Source of the DNA: Squalus acanthias
Lineage: Eukaryota
Assembly: GCA_030390025.1 (NCBI GenBank)
Contig: CM059431.1
Location: 131,442,001-131,506,000 of the forward strand
DNA length: 64,000 bases
Direction of reading: 5' to 3'
The translations under genes were made by a program, and so were the position numbers. Of this stretch, positions 25,420-38,717 are shown piece by piece. Numbering within the stretch: the first letter of the stretch is position 1; every line of letters begins with the position of its first letter. The notes beneath the pieces were generated by a model. It was given only the letters and a program-made list of their open reading frames with translations. It searched no databases and had not been told where the DNA came from.

Positions 25420-27251
25420 TCATGTGCATACCCTTGGTGAACTACAAAGCTTTACTCTTCCTTTTCCTACCACTCCTACCTGATGCAATCTCTGTGGCTT
25501 CAGCACAGGTAGAGGCAGGCTGCTCAGATCCCTGCTTTGACTGTTGAGATGCTCTTGGCCGACGACCTCTAGGTGTTCGTCCCCATAAGGGCTCCGCCAA
25601 AGACTACTCCACCTGCATCTGTAGTTGTGCAGGGCAGACTCGGCCATCAGGAGAGGAGGCAGCAGGTCGGGTACTGACTGAGGGGGAGACAAACGGGGAG
25701 AGGTGGGAACGCTTTGAGTGGCGTCCCCACTTCCATGTCCCCTTTCCGCATCATTCCTCTCCTGGGCCTGCGGCACATGATTCCTACTTCTTTGTGGGGG
25801 GGCAGCATGGTGAAGATCAGTGACGTGTTGCAAGGCCGCGGCTAAGTTATCTGTCACACTGTTTAAGGCAGCAGACATGTTGGCATCTCAAGTATGCAGG
25901 CCGTAGTCATGGCCTGCATGAACTCATTTGATTGCCGCAATTGAAGTTCCACAGAGGAGACCAGCCTATTCAGGGAAGAAAACATTCGCGCAATGGCCTG
26001 CGACATCAATCCACTCATGCTTGAGCTGGACTCCTCCATCCTCTCTGCTATTGTGAACAGTGTGCATGGCAGGACTGCCAGTACCTCGCAGATTTGGTGC
26101 TGTCCCTCTATGATTATCCTTTTCATCGATGGACCCTGGGGTTCAGCATCTATGTCCTGCTGAGCAGAGCTTGGAGAGGACTGCGCTCTCTGTTCCGAAC
26201 TCTCCACAGCTGTCCCTGGCACCACTCTCTGCTTGTGCTTACTTGTGACCTGTGAGACACCAGGTGAAAACCCAACTAACTCTCTAATAGGACCCATCGA
26301 AGTGTGGGTAACTGCGCTGGTGCATAGTAAGCATGTGTCCTGTGATGGTGCACCCTCAGAAGGAATCAGCTCCTCTGAGGAATCGTCGACCGGAAAGTCC
26401 ACTGCTGTTCTATGCATGAAGGCCTTGGAGGAGAGAAGAGACGGATATGAATTAGTACTGACAATGTAAAAATGTTGCTACTTTGCATAATTTAAAATTA
26501 TCATATTTCACCCATTGCTGAAATCAAGTCAACATGGCTAAGTCTTGTATGAGATGCAGGTCGGAGATATTTAATTCTGTCACCAGGCAGCTGCGAGGTC
26601 CCAGTCTCTCTATCTCTGATGGTCAGTGATGCAGATATGCCACTGATTTCCATGGCCTACTCCTCTGATGATGCCAGCTGCATGATCTAAGGCAGCCCAC
26701 CTCCAGTCCTCTCCCTCTCTCTTGTGTTTTGCACTCGCTTCATCTGCAATGGGGGAACAACAGACCTATGCGTGTCTGTAATGGCATGTCTTCACCTAAT
26801 GGATGCAATGCATTCGGTGAGGGTGACTATCAGGCAGATGCATCACCTTGCAGAGGTGATTGATAATTGGGGATGTGAGGAAGTATATAGAAAGTGAGCT
26901 GAAACTTAGTGGGTGTGAGGAGTGATGTGATGGAGTAGGCTTGACAAGACAGCATGTGGGGGCGGGATGTTGTACTCCATAGGATGTAGGTGGAACTGCA
27001 ACTGTACTCACCTTTCATGACTTGGTTAGGTCATTAAAGCGTTTCCTGCACTGGATCTAGGTACAGGGCACAGTACTCCTGCTGCTGACCTCCTCAGTCA
27101 CCTCTCACCACACCTTCTTGGTGACAGCAGCAGGTTTCTTCTTCCCATTGCTGGGGAAGATTATCTCCTTTCTGCCCGTTATTGCACCCAGCAGTACCTC
27201 AAGTGAGGCATCGTTAAGGCAGGGCACAGCCTTTGAACGTCCTGAGTCCAT
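25420..27251 (-). pseudogene. Second Harbinger Myb/SANT-like gene; exons 27251-27012, 26743-26584, 26423-25420
   Basis: LNDASLEVLLGAI...IQCRKRFNDL with stops; exon lengths and donors match the copy at 13717-15535; exon 3 peptide SPGVSQ.TS.H and RMEES shared. Confidence 0.87.
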
Positions 27252-27424
27252 GTTACATGATTGCCATCTCTTTCCAAAACTTCCCAACTCTTCCAAGTTC
27301 AATCTTTGAATTGGCCCTTTAAATAGTTGAGTTGAGATTGCATCATGTGGAAACAAACCCCAGAAGTAAAATGATAATTAGGTATCCATGTTGAAATCGG
27401 ACACTCCGATGTGGCAAAACCTCT

Positions 27425-28120
27425 TCCGGGCTTAAGACTGAGATGAGGAAGAATTTCTTCACTCAGAGGGTTGTGAATCTTTGGAATTCTCTGCCCCAAA
27501 GGGCTGTGGATGCTGAATCATTGAGTGTCAGCTGTGGCTCAGTGGGCAGCACACTTGCCTCTGAGTCAGACGGTTGTGGGTTCAAGTCCCACTCCAGGGA
27601 CTTGAGCACATAAAGTTAGGCTGACACTCCAGTGCAGTGCTGAGGGAGTGCTGTACTGTCGGAGCTGCCATCTCTCAGATGAGACGTTAAGCCGAGGGCC
27701 CATCTGCCCTCTCAGTTATCCCCCATGTCCTAGCCAATATTTATCCCTCAACCAACATAACCAAAAACAGATTATCTGGTCATTATCACATCGCTGTTGG
27801 TGGGAGCTTGCTGTGTGCAAATTGGCTGCCGCGTTTCCCACAATTACAACAGTAACTCCACTTCAAAAGTACTTCATTGGCTGTAAAGCACTTTGAGACG
27901 TCCCGTGGTCATGAAAGGCGCTATATAAATGCAAGTCTTTTTATATTCAAGGCTGAGATAGGTAGATCTTTGGACTCTAGGGGAATCAAGGGATATGGGG
28001 ATCGGGTGGGTAAGTGGAGTTGTGGTTGTAGATCAGCCATGATCGTATTGAATGGTGGAGCAGGCTCGAGGGGCCGTATGACCTACTCCTGCTCCTAATT
28101 CTTATGTTCTTATTTTCTTA
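27425..28120 (+). mobile_element. CR1 3' end interrupted by a Deu-SINE
   Basis: FFTQRVVNLWNSLP remnant at 27440-27500; resumes at about 27941 and ends in (ttctta)n-like tail. Confidence 0.88.
27526..27940 (+). mobile_element. tRNA-derived Deu-domain SINE (SacSINE1/AmnSINE1-like)
   Basis: A box TGGCTCAGTGG, B box GGTTCAAGTCC, Deu-like core and AAGGCGCTATATAAATGCAAGT tail. Confidence 0.88.
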
Positions 28121-28821
28121 TGCTTCACGCCTGCTATCGCTCCCCTGCTCAGAACCCACCTCTGGGTTATTATTGGGCCCCCAAATGTCAGTTTTTAATT
28201 AATTGAGGCCCAAAACTCTCAAGTTTGACATGGCTGCATCTTAGGCACAAAACCAGGCCAACCTCTTTGATATGTTTAATACGTCGACCAGGAAGTATCA
28301 GTTTTGCTCAGTTGGGCGTATTCCCCCCCTCTGATTTAAATGTTGGGGGTTCAAGTCCCACTGAAGGACTATAGCATATTAGACGTAACTCACAATTCTG
28401 TGCTTCCAGCGGGAGCTGCAATTGCAGGGAAGGTGGGTCCAAGAATTGAGGCTAGAATGTTGAAGTCCTATCTCTGACTTATGATCTCTTCAAGTACTTC
28501 TCCACTGAGAGTGCAGAATTACTCCTCCAAACTGCACGCCAGTGCAGTTCTGCTGGCATTGGATAAATTATCTTGTCATTGCCATGAGCAGCCCAGTCAC
28601 ATCCTGATGAGATATCTGTTTTGTTTCCATTAATATAATTTAATTGCTTATTAGGTTTTACATTGGAATATAGTTCAAAGGTGTTATAAGCAGCTATTAT
28701 GTGTAATTTATAGAAATCATGATCTCAGTGTGGCATTCCTTCACAAACTGGTTCTGGATTTTCCAGAATTCAAATGTATGGTACTTTCCTATCACACAAA
28801 ACGAATGCCTTGAAACACAAA

Positions 28822-29480
28822 GGGCTGGATTTTGATACTGGGGCGGGTTGGGGTCGTGTCATCCACTTTTTGTGTTATCCACCCGACTGCAATTGATGCG
28901 ATTTTCACCTAATTGGGCAATTGAGTTCCAGCATGTGGGAACCCATGAACCAATTCGTGTTTTCAGTCTGAAAGTCGCCTCTGATGATGTCATCATTGCT
29001 GCTGCATTGAAGGTCTGCAAAGACTGCCTGGCCTTTGCTGTGAGAGGACCTGGATGCAAAATGAGCAGCAGCAGCCCTAAGTCTGCTCCCAGATATTTTT
29101 GCACCACCACTCCCAGATATGTCTCGTCCTCATCCATCCATCCATCCAGATATGTCTCCTCCCCATCCAGCCAGCCAAATGTGCTCCCGCCAGGTTTCAC
29201 ATTCGTGATTCAGAACAGGCGTGTTTCACGTAGAAAAAGGGTTAAAATCACAAAGGCCTTTCAAATTGGCATTATAGAGGCAATTTAGTGCTTGTTAAGG
29301 GCCTTAACAGCCTATCCCGCCTCTTGGAGGCGGGACGGAGTCGGGACCAGCAGACACGATTTAATGAAAATTGCGTGGAGGCGGGATGGAGGTGGACTTG
29401 TGCCCGCCCGCCAGTTTTCACAATTTTAACCCCACACACGCCTCCAAACCCATCTCCACGGGTCAATGAAAATCCAGCCC
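28822..29480. mobile_element. Non-autonomous Harbinger (MITE), family A
   Basis: Perfect TIR GGGCTGGATTTT / AAAATCCAGCCC, TSD AAA. Confidence 0.9.
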
Positions 29481-29829
29481 AAAGTAATTGTACAGTTCTC
29501 ATGAAATATTTGTGGTGCCATTGATACCTGACTGAAGAAAATATTGCAGAAAAAAACCTTCAAAATGTTCATATGTGATAACAGTCTCTTTTTGTGTTTC
29601 TAACCTAAATGTTTTTATCACTGGAGCGTGGGATCATCTGCAAGAGATTTTAATAGGACCTGAATTGTGCCTGATGAAAATCTTGCACAAACCATGTTAA
29701 CCAGCGGTTCTGAAGTTTTCACATTTTAAAAAATGGACAATGTATCAATGCCTGACACTGCAGAACCTTTATTGAAACTGTAATGTGTAGGTGGGTGTTT
29801 ATTGCCAGCTTGTAGCCTCTAAATGTTTT

Positions 29830-30177
29830 CCAAGATTTGATATAGTAAATAAGGAGAAGCTGTTTCCACTGGCAGGAGGGTCAGTAACCAGAGGTCACAG
29901 ATTTAAAGTAATTGGCAAAAGAACCAGAGGGAGATAAGGAGAATATTTTTATGCAGCGAGTTGTTATAATCTGGAATTCACTGCCTGAAAGGTTGATGGA
30001 AACAGATTCACCAGTAACTTTCGAAAGAGAATTCAATATATATTTGTAAAAGAAACATTTGCAGGGCTGTAGGGAAAGAGCAGGGGAGTGTGACTAATTG
30101 GATAGCTCTTGCAAAGAGCCGGCACAGACACGATGGGCTGAATTGTCTCCTTCTGTGCTGTATGATTCTCTGATTCT
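29830..30177 (+). mobile_element. CR1 3' fragment
   Basis: TRGHRFKVIG and FMQRVVIIWNSLP remnants, tandem tgattc tail. Confidence 0.85.
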
Positions 30178-31193
30178 TTGCATGTTCATTTTGGCAAGAG
30201 CCAAAGCTAAATAAAACCAAACCTTTGTCAGACAAGCTAAAAGAAACACATTCAATTTTAAGTTCATTCTAAGGATGAATTGAAAAATTTAGAAGTGACA
30301 TGGCTTTGTTGTCAGGTTTCTCTTGTTTTGATGAGATTGCAATATGATGAGAATGCTGCTCAGAAAGCATTGATGATTGAAGCCTGACTCATTCTATAGC
30401 CGGTATTAATTTTAGCATCAAACTGCGGCATTCATTTAAAAAAAGAACTGATACGAAATTCCTGCTCGAGTCTGTACAGAACCAATGTTCAGTGTAAAAG
30501 TTGTGCGGTGCTTCATTGAGAAACAAGCCTTTTGATATTACTCAACTTATTGCTTTCACAGTTGCAGGCATTTTTATCTCATCATGTTTTGCAGCATGAC
30601 ATCAAAAGAAAATATTGCAGTTGGTGATTAATTCAGTAGGGTACAATCTTTTCATAATGACATTTTTTGTAACAAAATTTAATTGCATCAAGAATATTAT
30701 TATTCACCAGCATGCAAATTTTAAGGCAGACATCAAATTAGAAGCAGGCATAGAAGTTAAAGCAAGATCAAGTTACAGAGGAACGGCAGCCTGTAACACA
30801 AGGCTGTAGAATATTACAGTGCCCGCCAATTGCATATAATTCTAAAGCATTTCCCAAAATAATGTTGAATTGAAAAGAATGAAGGGCTAATTTTACAAGT
30901 CTGCACTAATGATGGGGAACCTTGCCCTCCGACTACACATTGCTGAAATTCGTGCAAGGGTTGTCCACGATTGTTCAACCTTTAAAACTAATGGTTAGCA
31001 CAGATACTAAAATGACCTCTTATGACATGCAGTCAGTGTACAGATTAAGTGACTCAACATTTAACGTACTGAGTCCTTTGCTTTCTGCTGTGCCATATTC
31101 TATTTAATGTGATGTAAACTATGGAAAGTTTTCATTGTGGGTTTTGACGGCAGTGTTATTATATTTCTATCTGTTGAGTTAATTAGAATATTA

Positions 31194-32033
31194 GGGGGAA
31201 AATTTGGGTATCGCCCATTTTGGGGCGTTAATATTTGCTGGGCGCAAGGTTTAGTGCCCGGCACTAATTATAGCCTCCAACTGCAAAATTCGCCTCTATC
31301 GCCCCGGAGGTGATTTGAGCACTAAATCAAGCGCTACACACCTCTCTTAAGGCGCTAACATTGGGGAGCGAGGCGCTACCTCAGAACGCTACCGAAGCTC
31401 AGGCGATGTCAGTTGCCATGGAAGCCAGATACACTGGCGCCGTCCAGTTCTTAAAGGGGAGGGGCCATCTTGCTGGCCGGCCACACCCTGCTCATTGCAG
31501 CCTTGAATCTCAGCCTGGAGAGACTTCGAAAGCAATTGCGTTGGAAGCACTAATGGATAGGCCCAGGGAAAGAGCTCGGCACTTAGGAACCTCAAAAGTG
31601 GTGCTGAGAACCAAAACTCCTTTGGACAGTGTTAAATCTCTCCAGACGTCTCTCTCCCTCTCACCCTGCGTATACCAAAAATTTTGCCGACAAGAAAAAG
31701 CAGGAAGTGCACGCCTTTAAATAGCGCTCCCCCAGCCCCTTCCCGACTTAAAAACGTTCCCCTCTACCTGTCGTTCCTAGCGGCAGGCGCTAAGGCAGGG
31801 GGCGCGATTCAATATCTGGTCTGGGGCGCTACCGGGGCGTTGCACGCTTGCATGACAACATGATCTGCGGGCGCAGGAGATTGTGGTGGTAGTGTTTAGC
31901 GCCACCGCAAAACGACAGGTCAATTTCGCGAGCGATGCTAAAATCGCCGCGCTCGGGCGCTAAGTTCCTAGCGCCGCGTTAGCGCCCCCCGGAGGCGCTA
32001 ATGGGAAGCGCTAACCAACCAAATTTTTCCCCC
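31194..32033 (+). mobile_element. Non-autonomous Harbinger (MITE), AGCGC-rich family C
   Basis: TIR GGGGGAAAATTTGG / CCAAATTTTTCCCCC, canonical TSD TTA; homologous to 51424-52266 and 56981-57626. Confidence 0.9.
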
Positions 32034-33109
32034 TTAGAATTTTCACCCACAATAAACAGAGTTTCACTGTGTCCACGTTCTGTATAAATAGATTACAGAG
32101 AACAGATATTCCAGTATTTGTTTAAGATTGCATTATTACCAGTATAAAGTAAGCTGCCCTTTGGAACTGAATTGTCCCATTGCTGTAACTAGGCACAGTA
32201 TGGAATTCCCAAACATTCAGAATAAAGGCCTCTTTTCTCTCCCCTCCTCTCCCTCCAGTAGCATGCTTCCTGTCTGCTAAAGAACAGAAATGCATTAGGT
32301 CAGAAGCCTAGAAAGGAAGCACTGGCTCACTCATCCACTCTCCCGTTGGAGAAGGGAAGACATGAACTGTTCTAAGTGGGGATAGTAAGACAGAGTGTGA
32401 ATGCAAATGAAATAGTCATGTTAGTTGGAATTGATATGGAGTCGCAGACAGTTTAAAGAGCTGCTGCTGTTGTGTAATAGTCTGCAGGAAACACATGCTG
32501 TGTTTATAACCAATCAGACAGAATATATGTGATCAAAATAAAGACCAGAAAACTGCTGCAGCGAGGCTTGAATTTCATGCGGCTGATGGGACAAATGATT
32601 TATTTTTGTGCAATTTTATGCTTTAAAAACCATTAACAATCCAGAGTTTTGCTTGACTTATAAAGTCGCCATTTGTTATGAGCAGCTCAATGGAAGAGTT
32701 TGGGGCAAGATCCGTTTCTACCACTCTGCTTTATTGCCTTGACAATGGGTTCCAGGGAAAGTTTGCGATATGGTCAATGCTGTATTTTTGAAAGCGTAAG
32801 CTTTTGCCATGTAGTTTTTGGGACACTTTCGTACATTTTATGCATTTAATAAAAATGAGCAGAGCTGATCAGTAATTCAATAAGGTGAGTTAACATTGAG
32901 TAACTGAGTGTGTAATTTCACTCTATGCAATGTATTACTCTGATAATTTTAGACTTTTCAGAAATAGATTTGTAGAAGGTAAATCTGCACCTTATCTCAC
33001 CTTTCCTCTGTCCCTTTAATAATAAGTGATTAATGTCCATGGAAAATTTGATTTAATTGGTGGTTGTTCCACCAATTAAAAATTCTCAAAAACAATAAGC
33101 TTAAAGAAA

Positions 33110-33545
33110 GCACTTCACGTTAAATAAATTATCTTGAAATCCAAGTGCTGCCCTGTAGGGAAATAAGGCTGCATTTTGTTTGTAAACGGTAATGAGATGA
33201 ATAGCCAGTTAATTGATTTTTTGTGGTATTTGTTGAGGGGAAATGTTGGCCAGAACACTTGGAAAACTCTGAGCTCATCAAATGGTGCCTTGGGATCTTT
33301 AATGTCCACTTGAACTACCGGAATAGGCAGATGGACCTCAGTTTAATGTTTCCCACATTACAACAATGACTACACTTCAAAAGTACTTAATTGCCTGTAA
33401 AACACTTTGGAAAGTCCTGAGGTTCTGAAAGGCGCTGTATAAATACAAGTTCTTTCTATCTAAAGCATGTCACCTCTGATGATGTAGCACACTCTCAGTA
33501 CAACAATGGAATGTCTGCCTAGATTATGAATTCATGTTCTGCAGT
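33110..33545 (-). mobile_element. Old Deu-SINE with a younger + strand SINE tail inserted at about 33347-33455
   Basis: Colinear with 41160-41540; internal segment matches 27833-27940. Confidence 0.7.
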
Positions 33546-34834
33546 AGAATCACACTGAGGAAAATCAAGGTTCAAATCTTCAAGCTCCTGATTGGACTGG
33601 ATTAAGAGAAACTAATTATTGGATCAAAATTACACCATTTCCAATTCTACTGTGTCTTCACATTCATTTCTCAAATTGTGTCCTAGTCTTCATGTACAGT
33701 GGCAGAATTAAGAGCAGCGACTATTACTAAATATTGAGGAGAAACCTCAATCCATAACTATTAAGAATTGCCAGGACCATCACCAGGCTTTTCTCATTTT
33801 GAGTTCCCAAATTAAGTTCATATTTCTAGCCAGAAGCATGTTGTTGAGGGAATTGTTATCAAGCCATAAAGTTATATGTGATAATAAAACTTTAATTGTT
33901 CAATCTAGCCCTAATAGTAAGTTGCATTGTGGGTCACTCTGAGCCAAGTCCAAAACTAGGTTGCACACCTGTTACAGCTGATAGGTTGGTGCGACAGAAC
34001 ACTAAAAGTAGCTGCTCTGATAAAATTTGAAATACAGGTTACATTCTACATATAGTTTTAATTTTGGAGGCCTCCTTCTTTGGATGTTTTATGCCGTCTT
34101 TCACGAGAATCATTTTACCAGTGCTTGTAATTTTGTTTTGGCTTCAGATCTACAGAAATCTTTGCGTTTTTCTCTGTGAAATGATCTCCTCTAGTTACAC
34201 ATAAAAATGCATAGAATAGTGTCCTGCCAATTTGAAAAATGTCAGCTTATCTGCTTTGAGCAGTGTCAAATCTAATTCAAAACATATTAGGCTGGGTACT
34301 GGCACGACAGCACACCTTCTTTTAATTTAGGAATTTGAAAGTGTGCCTGTGTTACATTAGTGTCATTAACACAGTAGTTCAACATCTTACTGTAAGTTTG
34401 CAAAGAAGACATTTTTTAATGACTGAATAATGTTCTTTATAACTATGAATAATTGAATTTTACACAATAAATCATCTGTGGTACAGCGTAGTTATTTCAT
34501 AAATACATGGACAGTGATGTAATCAGAAACCTAGAAGACACGACACCTTAAATCAAGCTCTTTTAAACTGCTACCAGCCGACTGGGTTTATTACTACACG
34601 TAGCGATGCCAACTCTGGTTGGAGCCATTCCTGGAGGTTTGATCACGTGCTGTTCTGACCACCTGACATCTGACTATGTGATGCTCGATCACGTGCCATC
34701 TGATCACATGACTTCTACAAATGTTATTGCATTTACCTTATAAAGGCCCTGCAGTTGAGTATCTTTGCTTGTGGTTTCGCACCAGCAGCTGTTGTGTGTG
34801 AAGTTCCAAGAACCAGGAGGCCAACCGTGAGCAG

Positions 34835-35349
34835 GTGGGGAAGAGGGTAAGCCGAGGCCGGGGAAGAGGGCAAGCCGAGGCCGGGGAAGAGGGCAAACCG
34901 AGGCCGGGGAAGAGGGCAAACCGAGGCCGGGGAAGAGGGCAAACCGAGGCCGGGGAAGAGGGCAAACCGAGGCCGGGGAAGAGGGCAAACCGAGGCCGGG
35001 GAAGAGGGCAGAACCGAGGCCGGGGAAGAGGGCAGAACCGAGGCCGGGGAAGAGGGCAGAACCGAGGCCGGGGAAGAGGGCAGAACCGAGGCCGGGGAAG
35101 AGGGCAGAACCGAGGCCGGGGAAGAGGGCAGAACCGAGGCCGGGGAAGAGGGCAGAACCGAGGCCGGGGAAGAGGGCAGAACCGAGGCCGGGGAAGAGGG
35201 CAGAACCGAGGCCGGGGAAGAGGGCAGAACCGAGGCCGGGGAAGAGGGCAGAACCGAGGCCGGGGAAGAGGGCAGAACCGAGGCCGGGGAAGAGGGCAGA
35301 ACCGAGGCCGGGGAAGAGGGCAGAACCGAGGCCGGGGAAGAGGGCAAAA
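34835..35349. repeat. G-rich minisatellite, 23-bp then 24-bp units (CCGAGGCCGGGGAAGAGGGCA(G)AA)
   Basis: Direct tandem repeat; about 6 short and 15 long units. Confidence 0.97.
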
Positions 35350-35854
35350 CAGAGATGGGAGGAACTTTGATTCCAACAGCAACTAATGGTGACTCTCTGA
35401 AATTGTACTAATAACTAATAGTAATACTGATAACACTCAGACTCTCCTCATAACCAACAGTAATACAGTAACTCACTGATAGTCAATGTGTACTGCTAGT
35501 AATAGGTGTAATGTCTTGATATCCTACCTGTAACTTGTAGTAATCCTATAATCCACTGATAATGACCCTCAAACCATAGCCAGAATCTCTGCACTGCACA
35601 AGCTGCGGTCAGGCCCATCAGTTGATGCCACTTTTAGCAGGCCTGATCTCGCTCCCTATCTCCTTGGACTCCGGTTCTGTGTGAAGCTGACAACTCTGAA
35701 CTGGGAACCTCAGTCAGAGCTGATCTGTACTTGTACTTCTCACATCAAAACCGGCCGTTACTGACCGACCTGAACCAAACCAAACTGAGAGATTGCACAA
35801 AGGGCAGCGGGCTCAGTGATTGGGGCATTTCTCACAGGGCACATTGTCCTTAAT

Positions 35855-37415
35855 GATCGAAGCAAATCCACAACCAATGGATCAGATCAAAGCTCCGCAG
35901 TCCTGCCACATCCAGTCGAGAATGGTGGTGGACAATTAAACAACTAACGGGAGGAGGAGGCTCCATGAACATCCTCGTCCTCAATGATGGTGGAGCCCAC
36001 CACATGAGTGCAAAAGACAAGGCTGAAGCATTTGCAACCATCTTCAGCCAGAAGGGCCGAGTGGATGATCCATCTCGGCTTCCTCTTGAGGTCCCCACCA
36101 TCACAGAAGCTAGTCTTCAGCCAATTCGATTCACTCTACGTGATATCAAGAAACGGCTGAGTGCACTGGATACAGCAAAGGCTATGGGCTCCGACAACAT
36201 CCCGGCTGCAGTGCTAAAGGCTTGTGCTCCAGAACTAGCTGCGCCTCTACGCAAGCTGTTCCAGTACAGCTACAACACTGGCATCTACCCAACAAAGTGG
36301 AAAATTGCGCAGGTATGTCCTGTCCACAAAAAACAGGACAAATCCAATCTGATCAATTACCACCCCATCAGTCTACTCTCAATCATCAGCAAAGCGATCG
36401 AAGGGGTCATCGTCAGTGCTATCAAGCTGTATTTACTCACCAATAACCTGCTCACCGATGCTCAGTTTGGGTTCCATCAGGACCACTCGGCTCCAGACCT
36501 CATTACAGCCTTGGTCCAAACATGGACAATAGAGCTGAATTCCACAAGTGAGGTGAGAGTGACTGCCCTTGACATCAAGGCAGCATTTGACCGAGTGTGC
36601 CATCAAGGAGCCCTAGTAAAACTGAAGTCAATGGGAATCGGGGAAAACTCTCCACTGGCTGGAGTCATAGCTAGCACAAAGGAAGATGGTTGTGGTTGTT
36701 GGAGGCCAATCATCTCTGCCCCAGGACCTCGCTGCAGGAATTCCTCAGGGCAGTGTCCTAGGCCCAACCATCTTCAGCTGCTTCCTCAATGACCTTCCTG
36801 CCGACATAAGGTTAGAAGTGGGGATGTTCGCTGATGATTGCAGTATTCAGTTCCATTCGTAAATCCTCAGATAATGAAGCCAGTCCATCACTGCAAGCAG
36901 CAAGACCTGGACGACATTTAGGCTTGGACTGGTAAGTGGCAAGTAAAATTCGTGCCACACACGTGCCAGACAATGACCATCTTGCCTGGATGAGTGCAGC
37001 TCCAACAACACTCAAGAAGCTTGACACCATCCAGGACAAAGCAGCCCACTTGATTGGCACGCCATCCACCACCTTAAACATTCACTCCCTCCACCACCGG
37101 CACACTGTGGCAACTAGAAGATGCACTGCAGCAACTCACCAAGGCTTCTTAGGGCAGCAAACGCATGGGAACACCACCACCTCCAAGTTACCCTCCAAGG
37201 CACACACCATCCTGACTTGGAAATATGTCGCCGTTCCTTCATCGTCGCTGGGTCAAAATCCTGGCACTCCCAACCTAACAGTACTGCGAGAGGACCTTCA
37301 CCACACGGACTGCAGCGGTTCAAGAAGGCGGCTCACCACCACCTTCTCAAGGGCAATTAGGAATGGGCAATAGATGTTGGTCTTGCCAGCCACGCCCACA
37401 TCCTGTGAATGAATA
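35855..37415 (+). mobile_element. CR1/L2-group LINE, RT region with internal deletions
   Basis: ORF 35965-36792 (WKIAQVCPVHKK, QFGF, ALDIKAAFDRV), PQGSVLGP and FADD in shifted frames, TGAATGAATAA tail. Confidence 0.9.
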
Positions 37416-37484
37416 ATTTAAAAAAAAACTCAACACCAGTATTTATAAACCACTCAATGGACTTGGACTCAATAAAGGAGATTT

Positions 37485-37620
37485 TTCATAGAATGATAGA
37501 AATTACAGCACAGGAGGAGGCAATTCTTCCCCTTGTGCGCGGTGCTGGTGCTCTGCTGTAACCCCATTCCCCCCAGGTCTTTTTACATTCCTCCTTTTCA
37601 AATATTTATCCCATTCCCCT
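37485..37620 (-). mobile_element. CR1 3' tail fragment
   Basis: catagaatgatagaa tail similar to 46223-46300. Confidence 0.6.
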
Positions 37621-38717
37621 GTCTCTCTTTCTCCCCCAACCCCCATTTCCCAGTCTCCATCTCTCCACCCGAACTGCATTTCCCAGTCTCCATCTCACCC
37701 CCCATCCCCAGTCACCATCACTCACCTCCCCGCCGATTCCACATGTAGCTGTCAAGCTATATCACACTATTATTGGAGCTGTGTAGACTATGTTAAAATA
37801 AGAAGCATGCTACAGAGAGTGAGGGTGTGTGCATATGGTTTCTCTGAAGAAGTCATAAGACATACGCATGTTATATCAATGATGGGTACTTCAGTGAGGG
37901 ACTAACACTTGACAGTGCAGGATTCTGTAAAAACCCTCCTAAAACAGTTGCTCATGTTTTCCCATTTATTTTGCAATTTGTTTTTATATACTTAATTTGT
38001 AAACATTTTTATCAATTTTATTTGAGATATTTGCCCTCTCCCTTACACACCCCATTATAAATATGATGGATAGTCTTATTAAGAGCAAATAGAGAAGGCG
38101 CATCTTGGTTGCAGCAGAACTGACTATTCCCAATAGGCATGAGTAATTATGGTGCACAGATGATGGCAGATGCATTTGCGTCTAGTCCCAGGACACATTT
38201 TGTTTTCATTTCCAATCTGGATTTGAACAGGGAAAGGGGTAGCCTTAGGAGAGGCCACAGATCTGCACTACAGAAGTATATCTAAATGTTTTAGTTTAGA
38301 ATGATGTGACCTTATGATTTAATAGAAATATCTACTGTAAAACCAACAGTAGCTGTTAGCAATGAACTGCAATAAAATCCCGTGCACAGGTTGCACTTAA
38401 TTTAGCCTTTCCTGTAAAAGCCATACAATGTGCATCATACAATAGGAAACATAAGAACTTGCAGGAAGATTTGAATCATACAATATTACAGCACAGCAAC
38501 AGGCAATTTGGCCCATCAGGCCTGAGCCAGTTTGAATTGGTAAATTTTACAATACTTTAAAAGAGTGTAATCAGTGCAATTGTTAGCTAATCTAAAAGCT
38601 GTAAAACGACAGAATTGTACACTTATCAGTGTTTCTAAGTTGTTTTTTGTCACCTTGTTTTGTACCTTAAAACTGCTGGTTAGGAAGTAGATAAAGAAGG
38701 TTTGGTACAGACATTTT

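Noticed and set aside
27526..27600. tRNA gene
   Set aside because: A/B boxes continue directly into SINE body and tail.
34601..34830. Possible hAT-like MITE hosting the G-rich array
   Set aside because: Only a degenerate TAGCGATGCCA start; no matching end or 8-bp TSD found.
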